DNA of 64,000 nucleotides from Microcoleus sp. (GCA_042408215.1 JAYFMW010000005.1:416001-480000); one strand, 5' to 3'. Counted from the first letter of the stretch, positions 1-10,885 are shown. Notes: generated by a model not told the origin, from the letters alone. Program-made: numbers and translations.

Positions 1-188
1 TCTGCTTCTTCTGGATCTACGGTGGCGATCGCCACCCCTGCATGAATAATTGCATAATCACCGATCTGCGCTTCTGGCAAATAGGCAAGATTGACCTCTT
101 TCACAACACCACTAAAACTAATTTTACCCGATCGCATCAAGTCTTCGCCTTGAATAGAAAGGATTTTTCCAGGTACTGCCAAACACAT
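1..188 (-). CDS. hypC: Hydrogenase maturation chaperone HypC (3' end runs off the window)
   Basis: Manual translation from ATG at 188: MCLAVPGKILSIQGEDLMRSGKISFSGVVKEVNLAYLPEAQIGDYAIIHAGVAIA. Carries the MCLAVP HypC signature and lies downstream of hypF. Not in the ORF track. Confidence 0.95.
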   Translation of the reverse strand, partial: MCLAVPGKILSIQGEDLMRSGKISFSGVVKEVNLAYLPEAQIGDYAIIHAGVAIATVDPEEA

Positions 189-313
189 AATTTTTATCTC
201 CTGAATCTACTGTTTGAGGGGATTATATAGCATTTCTCAGTTGAGTGAAGTGCAGATTTCCGGTAGGGACACGGCAGTGCCGTGTCCTACAGCTCAGACA
301 CTTTTCGGGTGCC

Positions 314-533
314 CATTAGTGTCAACTTAAGCCTGAAACCCTTGGTATATCTCGCTTTTACCTAAGTCTAGATCCCCCTAAATCCCCCTTAAGAAGGGGA
401 GTAGGGGGTGACTTTGAGAAGACTCCTGTCCCCCCCTTCTTAAGGGGGAGTAGGGGGCAAGCTAAGGGGGGATCTGGCCTTAATAGTCAAACAGCATTCT
501 CTGACTGGGTTAGAAGTTAAGTTGACACCAATG
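314..533. mobile_element. ~200-220 bp MITE, copy 1 (TIR CATTAGTGTCAACTTAA ... TTAAGTTGACACCAATG, internal CCCCC/GGGGG palindromes)
   Basis: Terminal inverted repeats; homologous to copies at 14123-14321 and 61828-62035. Confidence 0.8.
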
Positions 534-558
534 GGCTCCTGGAGTGTCCCTACAGTCC

Positions 559-3195
559 CTACAGCCTGAGCGAAGTCGAAGTCAACGCCGCCATAATTTG
601 TCCTGCGGCAATACCACCATCGTTAGGTGGAATTTGATGATGACAATAGGGCTGAAATCCTGCTTGCTGCAATTTGTACATCGCTCTCTCGGTTAAATAT
701 TGATTTTGGAAACAGCCTCCTGTCAAAAGGATTTGCTCGATCCCGAATTGCTTTGCTACGATCGCGATCGCTTCCACCAAGGTATTATGAAATTTGGCGG
801 CGATTGTTTCAAGTGTAATCTCGGTTTTCCTATCTTCTAATATAGCTTGAATAAGCGGCGACCAGTCAATTTCTCCTTGATTCTTAACATCAAATTTAAT
901 GTTAAGTTTGTAAGAGTCGGAAGTGTTGGCACGACTGCAAAGGTTTTCTAAGGCGATCGCCGCTTGTCCTTCAAAACTAGCGATTTGGCAAATACCCAGC
1001 AGAGAGGCGATCGCATCGAATAACCTGCCCATACTAGAAGTTTGTGGTATGTCGCTCTGCTTGGTTAATAAAGTTTTGAATATTGCTAATTCGGCCACTG
1101 TGAAGGCCTGTAAGGGCGCTAAATCGCGATTCCAGAGGCGATCGCCCAACATCTCCCATAAGAGCCCTAATGCGACGCGACGCGGTTCTTTCGCCGCTTT
1201 ATCGCCACCTAAGAGTTTAAACTTTCGCAGATGTGCGACACGCTCAAAGCCAGAATTTGTCACCTTGAGAAACTCCCCACCCCACATCGTACCATCGGTG
1301 CCGTAACCCGTGCCATCCCAAGCAATACCTAATACAGGCGGTTTGAGTTGATTGTCTGCCATACCAGCGAGAACATGAGCATAGTGGTGTTGTACAGGAA
1401 TTAGGGGAATTTGTAAAGATTGCGATAGCTGCTGCGCGTATTGACTAGAGAGATAATCGGGATGAGCATCACAGGCGATCGCTTCAGGATGGAATTCATA
1501 AGCCTCGCTCAATTGGTTAATGATGCGTTGAAAATGCTCAAAAGATTTTAGAGTCTCCAAATCGCCAATGTGTTGACTAATGACAATTGAATTAGCGCTT
1601 GAATTACTAATAGAAAAGGCGATCGTATTTTTGAGATGTCCACCCAGAGCGAGAATGTTCTGAGGCGATTTCTGATCGTTAAAATCTCGGATAATTTGAC
1701 TTCGACTACGCTCAGTCAAAGTTGGAATTGGCTCAGTCAACGTTGGAATTGGCTCAGTCAAAGTTGGAATTGGCTCAGTCAACGTTGGAATTGGCTCAGT
1801 CAACGTTGGAATTGGCTCAGTCAACTTTGGAATTGGCTCAGTCAAAGTTGGAATTGGCTCAGTCAACTTTGGAATTGGCTCAGTCAACTTTGGAATTGGC
1901 TCAGTCAAAGTTGGAATTGGCTCAGTCAACTTTGGACTTGGCTCAGTCAACGTTGGCTGAGCGAAGTCGAAGCCAACGTTGGTAGATGAGATGATAATCG
2001 GTGACGGCGCATAACCTCTAGCACGTCGCAACAGTACGGGGCGATCGCTAATTACGCGCACCACCGAATCATCGACAGGTTGAGAAATTCCCCGATTATG
2101 CAACAGAAATAAATCGGCAATATTTCCTAAATTGGCGATCGCTTCTCGATTATCAATACAAATCGGTTCATCAGAAAGATTGCCGCTAGTAGCAACAATC
2201 GGAAATTGCAATTCTGCCATTAATAAGTGATGGAGTGGTGTATAGGGCAACATTGCGCCCATACAGGAATTATTGGGTGATATCAGGTTAAGTCTATTGT
2301 TGTGAGGTAGCTTTTGGAGGAGAACGATCGGTGCTTCAGGCGATCGTAATAACTGCGCTTCCACTTCCGATACTTGACAATCTGTTTGAATGCTCTCTAG
2401 ATTGGGATACATCAGCGCCAAAGGCTTATGGGGGCGGTGTTTACGTTTTCTTAGCTGAGTTACTGCCTCTAAATTAGCAGCATCTACAACTAGATGAAAA
2501 CCCCCTAATCCTTTGATTGCCAAAATTTTGCCTAATCGAATCGCCTCAGCAGTTTCTAATAGAGCGCGATCGCCTGTTGCTAATACTTGGCGATCGCGAT
2601 TCCAGAGCTCTAAGTGTGGGCCACAGCGAGGGCAAGCGTTTGGTTGAGCGTGAAACCGCCTATTTAAGGGATTGTGGTATTCGGCTTCGCAATCCGCGCA
2701 CATTTGGAAGTCGTGCATTGTGGTGTTGTGGCGATCGTAAGGTAGTGCGCTGATAATGCTATAGCGCGGGCCGCAGTTAGTGCAGTTAGTGAAAGGATAG
2801 CGATCGCGCCGGTTAGCAGCATCAAAGATCTCACGCAAGCAATCGTCACAGGTGGCAATATCTGGCAGGATTACAGCCGTTTTTTTGTGAGAATTATTAG
2901 ATGATTCCCGAATCTCAAATGTCTGATAATTTAGCGGTTCTTTCCATGCGCTAATCATACTGTGAATTTGCGATCGCGCTGGCTTCTCTTGTTGCAAACG
3001 TTCTTGAAATAGATTGAGTTGGCTCGCATTACCTTCCACTTCAATCGCCACACCCTGAGCGTTATTATTCACCCATCCTTTCAGATCCAATTCTGTCGCA
3101 AGGCGATAGACAAAGGGGCGAAAACCAACTCCCTGAACTGCTCCATGAATTGTTAAACTCAACAGCTTTAGCTTTTGACTTCCCATTAAGATCAC
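559..3195 (-). CDS. hypF: Carbamoyltransferase HypF with in-frame 21-bp repeat expansion
   Basis: Acylphosphatase GAVQGVGFRPFVY, zinc fingers CxxC...CTNCGPRY, YrdC-like domain, HHYAH, PPNDGGIAAGQ. Confidence 0.97.
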   Translation of the reverse strand: MILMGSQKLKLLSLTIHGAVQGVGFRPFVYRLATELDLKGWVNNNAQGVAIEVEGNASQLNLFQERLQQEKPARSQIHSMISAWKEPLNYQTFEIRESSNNSHKKTAVILPDIATCDDCLREIFDAANRRDRYPFTNCTNCGPRYSIISALPYDRHNTTMHDFQMCADCEAEYHNPLNRRFHAQPNACPRCGPHLELWNRDRQVLATGDRALLETAEAIRLGKILAIKGLGGFHLVVDAANLEAVTQLRKRKHRPHKPLALMYPNLESIQTDCQVSEVEAQLLRSPEAPIVLLQKLPHNNRLNLISPNNSCMGAMLPYTPLHHLLMAELQFPIVATSGNLSDEPICIDNREAIANLGNIADLFLLHNRGISQPVDDSVVRVISDRPVLLRRARGYAPSPIIISSTNVGFDFAQPTLTEPSPKLTEPIPTLTEPIPKLTEPIPKLTEPIPTLTEPIPKLTEPIPTLTEPIPTLTEPIPTLTEPIPTLTEPIPTLTERSRSQIIRDFNDQKSPQNILALGGHLKNTIAFSISNSSANSIVISQHIGDLETLKSFEHFQRIINQLSEAYEFHPEAIACDAHPDYLSSQYAQQLSQSLQIPLIPVQHHYAHVLAGMADNQLKPPVLGIAWDGTGYGTDGTMWGGEFLKVTNSGFERVAHLRKFKLLGGDKAAKEPRRVALGLLWEMLGDRLWNRDLAPLQAFTVAELAIFKTLLTKQSDIPQTSSMGRLFDAIASLLGICQIASFEGQAAIALENLCSRANTSDSYKLNIKFDVKNQGEIDWSPLIQAILEDRKTEITLETIAAKFHNTLVEAIAIVAKQFGIEQILLTGGCFQNQYLTERAMYKLQQAGFQPYCHHQIPPNDGGIAAGQIMAALTSTSLRL
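1699..1974. repeat. 11 full plus 1 partial 21-bp tandem repeats (encode PIP[T/K]LTE) inside a REP-like palindrome
   Basis: Unit TTGGAATTGGCTCAGTCAA[AG/CG/CT]; flanked by the arms CTTCGACTACGCTCAG and CTGAGCGAAGTCGAAG. Confidence 0.95.
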
Positions 3196-3668
3196 CTATA
3201 ACTGTTAACTGTTCACCTATAACTGTTCACTGTTCACCTATAACTGTTCACTGTTAATACCAATTTAATGGGTCGTTGCATATATCTCGATCCCCCTAAA
3301 TCCCCCTTAATAAGCAGGGCTGTTTCATTCTCTTGTAGGGGCGGTGCCAAGAGTGCCCGCCCCAATCTCTGAAACACATACAAAATCGTGGACGAAGAGG
3401 GTAGGCACGGGGAGTAGGGGTCGCACTACCCCTACAAAATCATCGTTTTCCTGAGAATGAAACAGCCCTGCCTTAATAAGGGGTGACGAAAGAGCAGAAT
3501 CTTGTTCCCCCCTTATTAAGGGGGGTTAGGGGGGATCAGATTCTATGCAGCCTCATAAAAAACTGGTATAACTGTTCACTGTTAACTGTTCACTGTTAAC
3601 TGTTAACTGTTCACTGTTAACTGTTCACTGTTAACTGTTCACTGTTCACTGTTAACTGTTCACTGTTA
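3196..3668. repeat. Heptamer STRR (ACTGTTA/ACTGTTC) tracts around nested REP-like palindromes
   Basis: Visible tandem heptamers; nested IRs CAGGGCTGTTTCATTCTC/GAGAATGAAACAGCCCTG and CCCCCTTAATAAG/CTTATTAAGGGGG. Confidence 0.85.
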
Positions 3669-4479
3669 CCTTTGTTTGCAGAAGTTCGCACCAATTTTCC
3701 ATCCCTTCGCCTGTTTTAGCGGAAACTTCTAAAATTTTGGCTTGGGGCGCAATTTGTCGGATATTCTGCCAAGCTAACTCTCGATTAAATTCTACTGCTT
3801 CCGCCAGATCTATTTTGCTAATCAGCACGATATCGGCGGTTTTGAACATGACAGGATATTTCAACGGTTTATCTTCGCCTTCTGTTACCGAAAAGAGCAC
3901 GACGCGCAGATGTTCACCGAGGTCGTAAGCAGCAGGACAGACGAGATTTCCGACATTCTCGATCGCCAACAACTTCACACCGTCAAGGTGCATTTGCTGC
4001 AAAGCTCGCGAGATCATTTCTGCTTCCAAATGACAGACTGTTCCCGTGGTAATTTGAATTACTTCTGCACCCGATCGCTGCAACCTTTTAGCATCATTAT
4101 CTGTCGCCAAATCGCCGACAATTATTGCTGACTTCAGGCGATCGCGCAATTCAGTCATTGTCCGTTCCAGCAAGGCCGTTTTCCCTGCGCCCGGTGAAGA
4201 AAGTACATTCAAAACGCTTAAACCTTTTGCCAGGAAATAACCGCGATTGCGCTCGGCCCATCGGTCATTTTGCGAAAGAATTGATTGAGCGATCGAAATT
4301 GTGCGCCGATCGCTTTCTAGGGTAATATGTTCGCGATCGTGTTCGTGAGGATGAATATGATCGTGAGGGTGTTCGCGATCGTGAGGATGAATATGATCGT
4401 GAGAATGCTCATGATTACCGTGAGTGTGAATCTTGACCATTCCTTCAGGAATAACACTACAACCGCAGTCTTGGCACAT
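3652..4479 (-). CDS. hypB: Hydrogenase nickel incorporation GTPase HypB
   Basis: MCQDCGC, His-rich linker, [21 protein letters not shown]. Confidence 0.97.
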   Translation of the reverse strand: MCQDCGCSVIPEGMVKIHTHGNHEHSHDHIHPHDREHPHDHIHPHEHDREHITLESDRRTISIAQSILSQNDRWAERNRGYFLAKGLSVLNVLSSPGAGKTALLERTMTELRDRLKSAIIVGDLATDNDAKRLQRSGAEVIQITTGTVCHLEAEMISRALQQMHLDGVKLLAIENVGNLVCPAAYDLGEHLRVVLFSVTEGEDKPLKYPVMFKTADIVLISKIDLAEAVEFNRELAWQNIRQIAPQAKILEVSAKTGEGMENWCELLQTKVTVNS

Positions 4480-4480
4480 A

Positions 4481-4834
4481 TTATGAAACCTCTATAGAAA
4501 TTAGCTGCAATTCTCTACCTTGGCGAATCTCGCGGCTAATGCGATCGCACCGAGGACAGACATAAACCCAATCGAGGGGCGTAAATTCTGCTTGGCATTC
4601 GGGACAATAGCATACAGCCTTCACCCATTCAATCTCTAGCTTAGCATCAGCAGCGATCGTACCTTGCGTACAAGAGGCAAAAGCAAACTGCAAAGCTTCA
4701 GGTACAACTCCCGAAATCTCCCCCACGCGCAAATTTAACTGGTGGATTTTTGTGTGCTCCTGTGGTGTTTCCGAAGAGCGCGCTTGGCTAAAAGCAATGT
4801 CTAGCATTGATTGGATGATACTAATTTCGTGCAT
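4481..4834 (-). CDS. hypA: Hydrogenase maturation nickel metallochaperone HypA
   Basis: MHE N-terminus, two CxxC motifs, GREL. Confidence 0.96.
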   Translation of the reverse strand: MHEISIIQSMLDIAFSQARSSETPQEHTKIHQLNLRVGEISGVVPEALQFAFASCTQGTIAADAKLEIEWVKAVCYCPECQAEFTPLDWVYVCPRCDRISREIRQGRELQLISIEVS

Positions 4835-5337
4835 AGTGTTCTGATGAAATCGACGGCTTGCTCAATACTTTTGCTGGTTATGTCGGATAATTGTTCGCCA
4901 AATTCCCAGTTCACCCCTGGCAACAACAGCGAGTATACTACAGGAGTGTTACCGTAAACTTGTTGAGCTAATAAAAGTAGCGATCGCGGATCGGATAGAT
5001 GCCCGATCCCCGCAGTTAGATCGTTAGCTGACAAGCCATTTGCTAGGTTTTCCGTCAACAAAATTTTCTGTACTTGCATTGTCGGCTTTGATTTCGTCTG
5101 CTGACTAACAAAATCACTAACATTATTACTAACACAAGCATCGACAAAAATTGTCAGATCAGATTGGGCGATCGGCTCAGCCAGTTCAGGCGTGAGTTGA
5201 TGCACAGTTAGCGATCGCACATAGGGCAAATCCCAGCTAGCCACAATATCTGCCACCCGACACCCAGCACCGTCATCGCTTCTAAGGGAATTGCCATAGC
5301 CAATGACAAGAATCGTTTCACAATTAGAATTAGCCAA
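4801..5337 (-). CDS. hoxW: Hydrogenase maturation endopeptidase (HoxW type)
   Basis: VIGYGNSLRSDDGAG, HQLTPELAE, FVDA; Hox gene context. Confidence 0.88.
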   Translation of the reverse strand: MANSNCETILVIGYGNSLRSDDGAGCRVADIVASWDLPYVRSLTVHQLTPELAEPIAQSDLTIFVDACVSNNVSDFVSQQTKSKPTMQVQKILLTENLANGLSANDLTAGIGHLSDPRSLLLLAQQVYGNTPVVYSLLLPGVNWEFGEQLSDITSKSIEQAVDFIRTLCTKLVSSNQC

Positions 5338-6297
5338 TTTTTTGAGTTCTTTAAGTAATGTTTAATGGAGCGGTTTACCAAGAATGCAATGCTCGCAACT
5401 GGGGTGTTTTTTTCGACTGGTGGGCTTCCATCCGAGTCAGGACATCATCCAGAATGGTGATGGCTTCAGCAATAAACGGGCCTTTATTTAACATGACGCA
5501 CTCAGCGCGTTCAGCCATTGCTGCATCCGTCATCTCTCCCCGTGAAGGTGCTCCATTTTTGACCAAGCTTTCTAGCACTTGCGTTGCCCAGATTACAGGA
5601 ACATGAGCTGCTTCGCAAAGCCAGAGAATTTCTTCTTGAATCTCGCTCAATCGTTGGTATCCGATTTCAACGGCTAAGTCACCTCTAGCAATCATCACGC
5701 CAAATGATTGTTTACCCGCCGCATGAATGATTAATTCTGGCAGATTACAAACCGCGATCGAAGTTTCAATCTTTGCCACGATCGCCGGACTGGTTAAACT
5801 TCCTCCTAAACGGCGATTCAACTCTTGTTGAAGTAACTCAATATCGGCCGCTCGCTGCACAAAAGAGTAACCAATAATATCTGCGTGAATGGCGACAAAA
5901 TCCAGGTCACATAAATCTTTCGCAGTCAGGGGACTAAGCGGCAAGATTGTGTTCGGAAAATTTAACCCCTTTTCGGGTCGAAGTTTGACCCCTTTTGGGC
6001 TAGCATGAGTAACTTGCAATAACAGTCCTAGTTGCCCATCTGGTAATGGGAATTGAGTGTCAATCACGCGAGTCCGTATCTTGCCATCATCAATATACAG
6101 GGGTGCGTCAACAACTAATAAATCGAGAATTTCGGGAACCGTACAGCAAAATTGGAAATTGTCTACAGGTGATGGGATTGGCTCACCTGACTCTACTTCA
6201 CTTCCGGGTTCAGGTACGCACCGCGACAGCAAGATCCTGACGGTGTTACGCTTTACAACCCTGAACAAACAGGGCATACGCGATAGCAATACTCTCA

Positions 6298-7617
6298 CTA
6301 TTGATAGAGAGAGCTCTCGTAGCCGTCCCTCAAAGCTCGAATCATAATGTTTCGAGCGCCGCCCCAATCTCGGTCATGTTCGTGACCGCAGTTGGGGCAT
6401 TTAAATGTTTTTGAACCACCAAGCTTTGAATGTTTGTGTCCGCATTTGGTGCAAGTTTTGCTAGTGTAGGATTCGTTAACGTCAATAACAACAACACCCC
6501 GTTTTTTAGCTGATTGCTTGAGGTGGCATTCAAAACGATAATGCCCCCAAGTGAGCATCTGCCTAGCAGTCTTGGTGCGTAACTTGCGCTTTGATTTAAC
6601 AACCATTTGTGATGTTTCAAATGTAGGCAGCAATATGACTTTGTATTGACTTGTCAGGTAATTAACTACCTGCTTGTGGCACTCATCAACTAAGTTGCGA
6701 ATCCTGATTCTCAGCTTGCTTGCCGCTTTTAGCATCCGGCGTTTCTGCTTTCTACTAGCTTTTGACACACGTCCCATTAGTTTGTCAAGGTGAGAACACA
6801 ATCTTTGAATGCGTCCAATGTCTGCCTTACCAAATTCTTGAAATGAGTCACCGTCGTAGCCAGTTAAAAAAGTTCTAACGCCAGGGTCAAGTGCAATTAC
6901 CTTATCCAGTTCCTTCGTCCTCACCTCTTCTGTTACTGGGATACAAGCGAACCATCGCTTTTTGTCTCTAATAAGTTGGGTCGCAAACTCGGTCTTTTGA
7001 ATTGGCTCTGTACTTCTAAAGCTAAGCCCTTTAACTAAGGATGGGAACCAAGTCTCGCCGTTGAAATTAACCTTGTGGAATTTGATTGATTGCGAGGGTT
7101 GACGGCAACTCCTAAAATTTGCCTCTCCTTTTACAAACTTGGCTTGTTTCCAGGCATCCCAAGCGTCAAAAATAGCATTTTCTTTTGGGTGAGACGGTGC
7201 TGACTTAACCCAATCAGGTAAGTCCAGTCCTAACACGTAGTCCCTCAAAGAATAAGCACTGGTTATTTTTTCGCCTGCTTTCAAGGCTGCAATAGCCTTG
7301 TTGTAGCAGTAACGCGATGCTGATAGCCAAGACTTCCATTTTTGGTGCAGTCCCAGCTCAGGATAAACCCGAATCTTAAGTGTTTTGTTGGGCGACTTCT
7401 TCTCCTTCTTGTGCCTTGGATTCGACTTGTAACTCCTGCTTGATTTGGTTTTCAAGTCTTCTAATGGAGTAAAGTCGGCTGGAAAAGCTGTGGAGGATTG
7501 CGACGATATCTTGAACGAGTTCGGCGTGTGGAGAGAGACTGATTTGGTTGAGAACCACGATTTTGCAGTCAAATTGCTCACAGAGCCATTCGATAATGTC
7601 GAATCCGAATCTTGCAA
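6298..7617 (-). CDS. tnpB: TnpB RNA-guided nuclease, rearranged RuvC (pro-Fanzor-like); true start probably near 7456
   Basis: KIRVYP N-terminus, ALDPG (RuvC-I), LLPTFE, VNESYTSKTC..C zinc finger, DRD (RuvC-III). Confidence 0.9.
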   Translation of the reverse strand: MQDSDSTLSNGSVSNLTAKSWFSTKSVSLHTPNSFKISSQSSTAFPADFTPLEDLKTKSSRSYKSNPRHKKEKKSPNKTLKIRVYPELGLHQKWKSWLSASRYCYNKAIAALKAGEKITSAYSLRDYVLGLDLPDWVKSAPSHPKENAIFDAWDAWKQAKFVKGEANFRSCRQPSQSIKFHKVNFNGETWFPSLVKGLSFRSTEPIQKTEFATQLIRDKKRWFACIPVTEEVRTKELDKVIALDPGVRTFLTGYDGDSFQEFGKADIGRIQRLCSHLDKLMGRVSKASRKQKRRMLKAASKLRIRIRNLVDECHKQVVNYLTSQYKVILLPTFETSQMVVKSKRKLRTKTARQMLTWGHYRFECHLKQSAKKRGVVVIDVNESYTSKTCTKCGHKHSKLGGSKTFKCPNCGHEHDRDWGGARNIMIRALRDGYESSLYQ

Positions 7618-8003
7618 GTCGGTCTTTGTGGGGCAACCACAATAATTGCGATATCACCTCGCAGAACTCGTCCCAAAAGCTTGATGAGTCCTTTCCTCCT
7701 AAAATTGAGTCCTCCTCCCACTTCCTTAACGACTTCAGCGCCTGGGTAGAGCGTTGATAGTCGTTCAACTTGTCGATCGAGGTCTGCCTTTTGTGGTCTG
7801 GTAGAGACGCGAGCATAGACAACAGTGGCGCGTCCAGAGTCTGGCTCTGATTCCTGTTTGATGAACTTTTCGATGTCGTACCGTCTTTGACCTGACGGCG
7901 TTTTGACGGTGGAGATATTGCCGTTTGCTTCCCATCGTCTGAGGGTTCGCAGGCAAACTCCCAGAGTGTTAGCTGCTTCATTGGGTTTCACATATTTAGC
8001 CAT
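7376..8003 (-). pseudogene. tnpA: IS607 TnpA serine recombinase with a +1 frameshift near 7632
   Basis: MerR-like HTH and YARVST; continues as HKDRLARFG in another frame (GCCCCAC where GCCCAC is expected). Confidence 0.9.
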
Positions 8004-8831
8004 AGGAAAACTTTCGCACCATATGTGCTTGTTGTCCAGCTTTTTCCAATTAATTAATTATTAGAGGCTAACCGATCGCCTCGAAACACCCGTTTTTGAG
8101 CCCGTGGCGCAAGTACCGATCCCGTGCGGATTTTGGGGCCTCCTAAGTCCATCATCACTTTACAACAGGTTCCGAGCTCCTGTTCCGCTTGACGAATACG
8201 ATCGATCATGCGCTCCCATACCTCGGTGGAATCGTGGGCGCAGTTAATTCGCAAGCAGTTAGCACCCCGTCGGACAAGTTCTCGCACAAAAGCATAGTCT
8301 GTGGCAGCTTCGGTAGGTAATGTGACCATAATTCTGACTTGGCGATGAGTCAAGGTTGGCCCGAATAATTCCTCGGTGTGCTGTCGCAGTAAACGATTCC
8401 CCTCAAAAAAGGACTCGATCGCAGGGCGGTGGAGCACCTCGTCAGAGTCTTTGCCGCAAATGACTTGCAATGTGGCAATAACGGCATCGAGATTGGGCAT
8501 TACCCGCGCTTCAATCCGTCCTAAGGATGATAAGCCCCAAGGCATTAGAGCGGCTTGGAGTTCGCGTAGATCGTGCTGTCGTAATGCTAGATACTGAGCT
8601 AAATTCAAAGCACTAGAAAGAAACTCAGTCCGCTGAATGTGCGATCGCCATTGGCTAAAGGTGGCTTGTCCTTCGCTTTCAACAGTCTGTCGCAGTGCTT
8701 GCAGAGTCGATAGCAAGACCTGTGGACTAGATAGATGCAACGGTTTAGCACTAAGTTCTTTCATTTGGGCTAATCATAGATCAAAGACTCCTGAGTAGAT
8801 GCGCGCGACCTTTGAACTCAATTATATATTT

Positions 8832-9145
8832 TGGACAGTCCCCGGTCTCGCATACGCGGGGATTCTTGAGGACAAGTTTTGGGGAATGAATCCGCCCAAA
8901 TTTTTATTCTTAAAGGGTTTGTCTATTACCCACTCCCCACATCGCGAGATTATTTAGACTGTGGCTAATGTTGCTTTCCTGATGATTTTGACCGCACCAT
9001 TAACGTCTGCATTGATGAATGATCCAGTGTTACATCGGTACAAACCTCCCTTGATTCCTTTACCCGAAGGTTGCCAGTTGTCGGGTTTTTCACCGACATT
9101 TACTGGCAGAAAGTCTCGGTCTAAAAAACTACTTTTAGAGGTATC
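8832..9145 (-). pseudogene. tnpB: 3' remnant of tnpB with IS200/605-type right end
   Basis: SSFLDRD...SGKGIKGGLY...INADVNGAVKIIRK followed by AGAATCCCCGCG...GGGACTGTCCAA on the minus strand. Confidence 0.8.
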
Positions 9146-9183
9146 AAGCGATCGGAGCAAATCTCATCGCTGATGCTGTTTAC

Positions 9184-10377
9184 CTACTGATCGTCAATGC
9201 TCGTTTCTCCCACATAGATACCGATGTCCCGCGCCGTTCGCACCAAAAAACCTTGAGGATCGACCCGCGAAGGTGCTTTATTCTCTCTGCGTCCCTTTTT
9301 AATTTGCTCGATCACACGGCTGATCGGCACGCTGCTCACCCTGCCATTTTGCCAAATTACCATCTGGTTGTAGTTACCGTTAGCAATTAAATTTACTGCT
9401 TCCCGACCAAAAGCAGTAGCCAGGAGTCGATCGGTCGAAGTTGGATTTCCTCCTCTCTGTAAGTGTCCCAGTAAAGTAACGCGAGTATCGAGGGTGGGAA
9501 GGCTCAACGAATCTGGCAAATCGGTATTGTGAGACTGGCTACTGTACTCCTGAATGCGCTGCGCCAAGTAGTCACCGATGTAATGTTCCTTTTGACCGAG
9601 ATGATTTGTGACTCCTTCCGCCACCACCACAAGAGCAAACCTGCGCCCCTGCTTGTGCAATTTAGCAATGTGATGGCAGATTCCCTGAATTACAGATTCA
9701 TCCAAAATGGGAGTTAGTTCGGGAATGAGAATGGCATCTGCGCCACCCGCAATTCCTGCTTCCAAGGCTAAATAACCAGCATCTCTTCCCATCACCTGCA
9801 CTAACATGACGCGATCGTGACTAGCAGCAGTGAACGTTAGATCGTAAAGAGCTTGGGTAACGCGATTAACTGCGGTATCAAAACCAACCGATGCTTCTGT
9901 AAACGGAATGTCATTATCTATGGTTTTGGGGACGGCGACCCAGTTCCAAGCTTTGCCTTGTTCAGCAGCTTTTTGAGCTAAATTTTCTAAAATTTCGATA
10001 CTACCATCCCCACCCATTCCAATGAGGGCCGTTAATCCCAACTTCTCATAACCTCGAATGATCTCGTCCGCATGGAGTTCTGGATCGCCTTTGCTAATCG
10101 ATCCCAAAACACTACCACTGAGAAAATGGAGAATATCTAATCCCTGTACTAATCCGGGGATATCATAGCCGTGATCTCTAATCCTCAAGTCCTCTGGCTG
10201 GCGTTTGCCTAAAAGTACCTCTATGAAGCCATCGGTTCCATAGGGAATGCCATAGACATCCCAACCGTATTTATACGTCGCCACCTTCACAACTGCACGA
10301 ATGACAGCGTTGAGTCCAGGACAATCTCCCCCACTGGTCAGGATACCGATACGTTTAGGCTTGTGGCTATTTACCAT
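9184..10377 (-). CDS. pfkA: 6-phosphofructokinase
   Basis: LTSGGDCPGLN, GGDGS, PKTIDND, MGRDAG, LGHLQRGG. Confidence 0.95.
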   Translation of the reverse strand: MVNSHKPKRIGILTSGGDCPGLNAVIRAVVKVATYKYGWDVYGIPYGTDGFIEVLLGKRQPEDLRIRDHGYDIPGLVQGLDILHFLSGSVLGSISKGDPELHADEIIRGYEKLGLTALIGMGGDGSIEILENLAQKAAEQGKAWNWVAVPKTIDNDIPFTEASVGFDTAVNRVTQALYDLTFTAASHDRVMLVQVMGRDAGYLALEAGIAGGADAILIPELTPILDESVIQGICHHIAKLHKQGRRFALVVVAEGVTNHLGQKEHYIGDYLAQRIQEYSSQSHNTDLPDSLSLPTLDTRVTLLGHLQRGGNPTSTDRLLATAFGREAVNLIANGNYNQMVIWQNGRVSSVPISRVIEQIKKGRRENKAPSRVDPQGFLVRTARDIGIYVGETSIDDQ

Positions 10378-10648
10378 TAGATTTTCCTATCTACTGATTA
10401 TCTAATCAATCTAACTTAAACGAATGAGAATTCTATCTCACCTAATATTCTCGCCTTTAGATTGACGAATTCTATCCTTAAACAAAAGTTAAGAAAATCT
10501 CTCAATTTTTGCAACATAAGTTCACAATCACCCCTAAGTATTTAAGTTTTATGTTTTTTTCGCCACTTTCAACCAGAAATTAGAGAATGGAATAGACACA
10601 GTGCAAAATACCTCCACTTGAACAATAAAGGTGTTGTTTATGCTGTCG

Positions 10649-10737
10649 GTCAGCACCCCGCTCTTTCAGAGACGGGGCCATTACAGCCTCCAACTTTAGA
10701 TAGCTGACCAGCCTAAGTCCCGCCAGGACTAGGTTTA
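10649..10737 (+). ncRNA. Truncated 5' part of an IscB/IsrB omega-RNA (HEARO-like)
   Basis: GTCAGC...GCTGAC P1, CCCCG/CGGGG hairpin, CAGCCTAAGTC...GACTAGGTT; cut off by the next IS end. Confidence 0.6.
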
Positions 10738-10885
10738 ACCAATGCGAACGGCAAGTCCCGCACTCTATCCGTTTACAGGATGAGTGACGGGATGAAAGCG
10801 CAGCCCAAAATAAATTGAGCGGTAGAGAATCAAGATCAATTCTATCTGCTATAATAATCTAATCAGCATTCGACAATCTCGATAA

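Larger units (their letters stand above)
6236..8071 (-). mobile_element. IS607-family element (tnpA serine recombinase + tnpB)
   Basis: GG dinucleotide at both junctions on the minus strand (GATCGG|TTAGCC ... GTCAGG|ATCTTG); no other duplication; tnpA-tnpB order. Confidence 0.92.
5375..8764 (-). pseudogene. pyk: Pyruvate kinase split by an IS607 element (N part 8072-8764, C part 5375-6235)
   Basis: RINCAH and DLGGPKIRTG in the N part; KGLN, AKIET, ARGDL, ATQVLES, VMLNKG in the C part. Removing 6236-8071 rejoins GDR|ILL in frame (517 aa). Confidence 0.92.

Noticed and set aside
42..230. 62-aa plus-strand ORF and the many other short ORFs overlapping assigned genes
   Set aside because: Antisense or alternate-frame shadows (this one overlaps hypC) with no recognisable motifs.
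1699..1974. CRISPR array
   Set aside because: Contiguous 21-bp units with no unique spacers, in frame within hypF.
5375..6367. 330-aa stand-alone pyruvate kinase
   Set aside because: The first 44 aa come from the IS607 right end; it is the C-terminal half of the split gene.
6236..8071. IStron (self-splicing group I intron in IS607) rescuing pyk
   Set aside because: Only ~68 nt lie between the left end and the tnpA start, too short for a group I core.
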